Source: a virus
Length of the DNA stretch: 45,080 bases
Reading direction: 5' to 3' (one strand)
IMG/VR virus record: IMGVR_UViG_2531839420_000002
Location: 67,685 to 112,764 of that record
This document shows, in pieces, positions 44,037-45,080 of the stretch (positions are counted from its first letter, which is position 1; every line of letters starts with the position of its first letter). The notes under the pieces were generated by a model that saw nothing but the letters and a program-made list of their open reading frames with translations, searched no databases and had not been told where the DNA came from. Made by a program: the position numbers and the translations under genes.

Positions 44037-44400
44037 GCCGCCGGTCAACATGGACCCTTGGCGCAAGAACAAGGATGAGATTATGGCCATCGCCCTGCGC
44101 AAGGGCTGGTTCTCGGTGCCGAAGTATCTCTGGCGTGCCGAGGGAATGGCCAAGAAGTGTCGCGAGCTGGTCAAGGAAGGCAAGCTGCGCCGCAGGCGCT
44201 CATGGGAGAAGGGGCGCTACAGCCACGACATCATGTATGAGCCGGTTGGCGTGAAGGTCGCGCCAAAGCCCGAGTCCAAACGCCCCTGTCACTGCCCTCG
44301 CTGTGGCGTCGATTGTGGCGATCACGACAGCTACCTCACGCATTGGCGCGAACATCACGATGTGCCGCCCGCAAAGCCTGCTGCTGTGGGGCAGAATTAG
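44029..44400 (+). CDS. Hypothetical protein with C-terminal C2H2-like zinc finger
   Basis: CPRC...LTHWREHH. Confidence 0.65.
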   Translation: MRKPPVNMDPWRKNKDEIMAIALRKGWFSVPKYLWRAEGMAKKCRELVKEGKLRRRRSWEKGRYSHDIMYEPVGVKVAPKPESKRPCHCPRCGVDCGDHDSYLTHWREHHDVPPAKPAAVGQN

Positions 44401-44433
44401 CGTATTCGCGAAAGCACGAACGGAGAGCGAGGG

Positions 44434-44784
44434 ATGAAGAGCATTTTCGACGAGCAGGGCCACCGCCGCTTCATCGACAAGTCCGAGGACTTGGCGGCCT
44501 GGACCGACGACGAGCTGCGCAAGGGCATCGCCGACTACCAGGCGATCATCGACCGCGTGGATGACAGCGAATACAGCGGAGTCGCCGAGGGCGACTGCTG
44601 TGCCGACAGCCGCGACATCCTCTTGCACGAGCTGAAGCGCCGGGTGGTCGAGATCGTGCCGACTGACGGTGAAATCCGCGGACGCACTGGGCGCGTTATC
44701 AGCATCGACGAGTTCGTGGACCCGCCGCTGAACCGTCATGCGCGTCGGCAGGTTAAGTCCAAGCGCTATCGGGGGCCTCGATGA
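44434..44784 (+). CDS. Hypothetical protein
   Basis: 116 aa; RBS present. Confidence 0.65.
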   Translation: MKSIFDEQGHRRFIDKSEDLAAWTDDELRKGIADYQAIIDRVDDSEYSGVAEGDCCADSRDILLHELKRRVVEIVPTDGEIRGRTGRVISIDEFVDPPLNRHARRQVKSKRYRGPR

Positions 44785-45080
44785 CCGCCAATCCTCGCGA
44801 CGCTCTGGCGTTCAAGCACTTCCCCGCCGAGTGGTGCCGGATCGTCAACAAGCCCGGCGCCAGCAAGAAGCGCCAGCAGCTCCGCAAGCGGGGCGAAGAG
44901 GCTGAAACCGTTCTGGCTCTGCGGGCCAAGGGCGCGAGCTGCGCCACCTGCAACGGCTATGAGAAGGCTCCGCACCCCAAGGAACTGGGCTTCACCCATT
45001 ACTGCGCCGCCGACAGCGATTTTCACGGCTATGTCGGCGCCCTCGCCACCGGCTTGTGCCATCGCTGGGCTGAAAGGAAA
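44781..45080 (+). CDS. Hypothetical Cys-rich protein, 3' truncated by window edge
   Basis: ATGA-coupled; open to the window end (MTANPRDALAF...CATC...LCHRWAERK). Confidence 0.55.
   Translation, partial: MTANPRDALAFKHFPAEWCRIVNKPGASKKRQQLRKRGEEAETVLALRAKGASCATCNGYEKAPHPKELGFTHYCAADSDFHGYVGALATGLCHRWAERK

Noticed and set aside
1-45080. tRNA/rRNA genes and virion structural genes
   Set aside because: None recognised by eye; tRNAscan-SE would be needed to exclude tRNAs formally.

Overview
GC-rich window from a temperate phage-plasmid (extrachromosomal prophage). An alphaproteobacterial host and an SSU5/pHCM2-like gene set are both inferred, not shown. Left end: partial ATP-dependent DNA ligase, an iteron-flanked RepA replicon, a catalytic-domain-only tyrosine recombinase and an XRE repressor. 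The rest is a long + strand replication/recombination/nucleotide-metabolism region: CobT/CobS-like VWA-AAA pair, sigma-like protein, DnaE with a C-terminal UDG-like domain, gp32-like SSB, 5'-3' exonuclease, RecA, SbcCD, ProQ/FinO, RuvC, intein-containing class II RNR, ThyA, DHFR, dUTPase, DnaQ-like exonuclease, RtcB, SleB-like hydrolase, radical SAM and many hypotheticals. No virion genes, tRNAs or CRISPR were seen. Main unusual signals: (1) an RNA-guided TIGR-Tas-like locus at 18.66-20.51 kb, with eight stem-loop units (CCA-9 nt-YGTTNCCCA-9 nt-YG) split around an unknown gene and a nuclease-less Nop/IS110-Tnp-domain (TasA-like) gene; (2) a candidate ~80-nt sRNA at 35.68-35.76 kb whose 5' end is antisense to an extended ribosome-binding motif (AACGGAGATAGAC) shared by at least six genes, including the Tas gene, on an element that encodes its own ProQ; (3) a ~19-site palindromic operator regulon (AAGTCA-N4-TGACTT). 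All calls come from reading motifs by eye; no searches were run.
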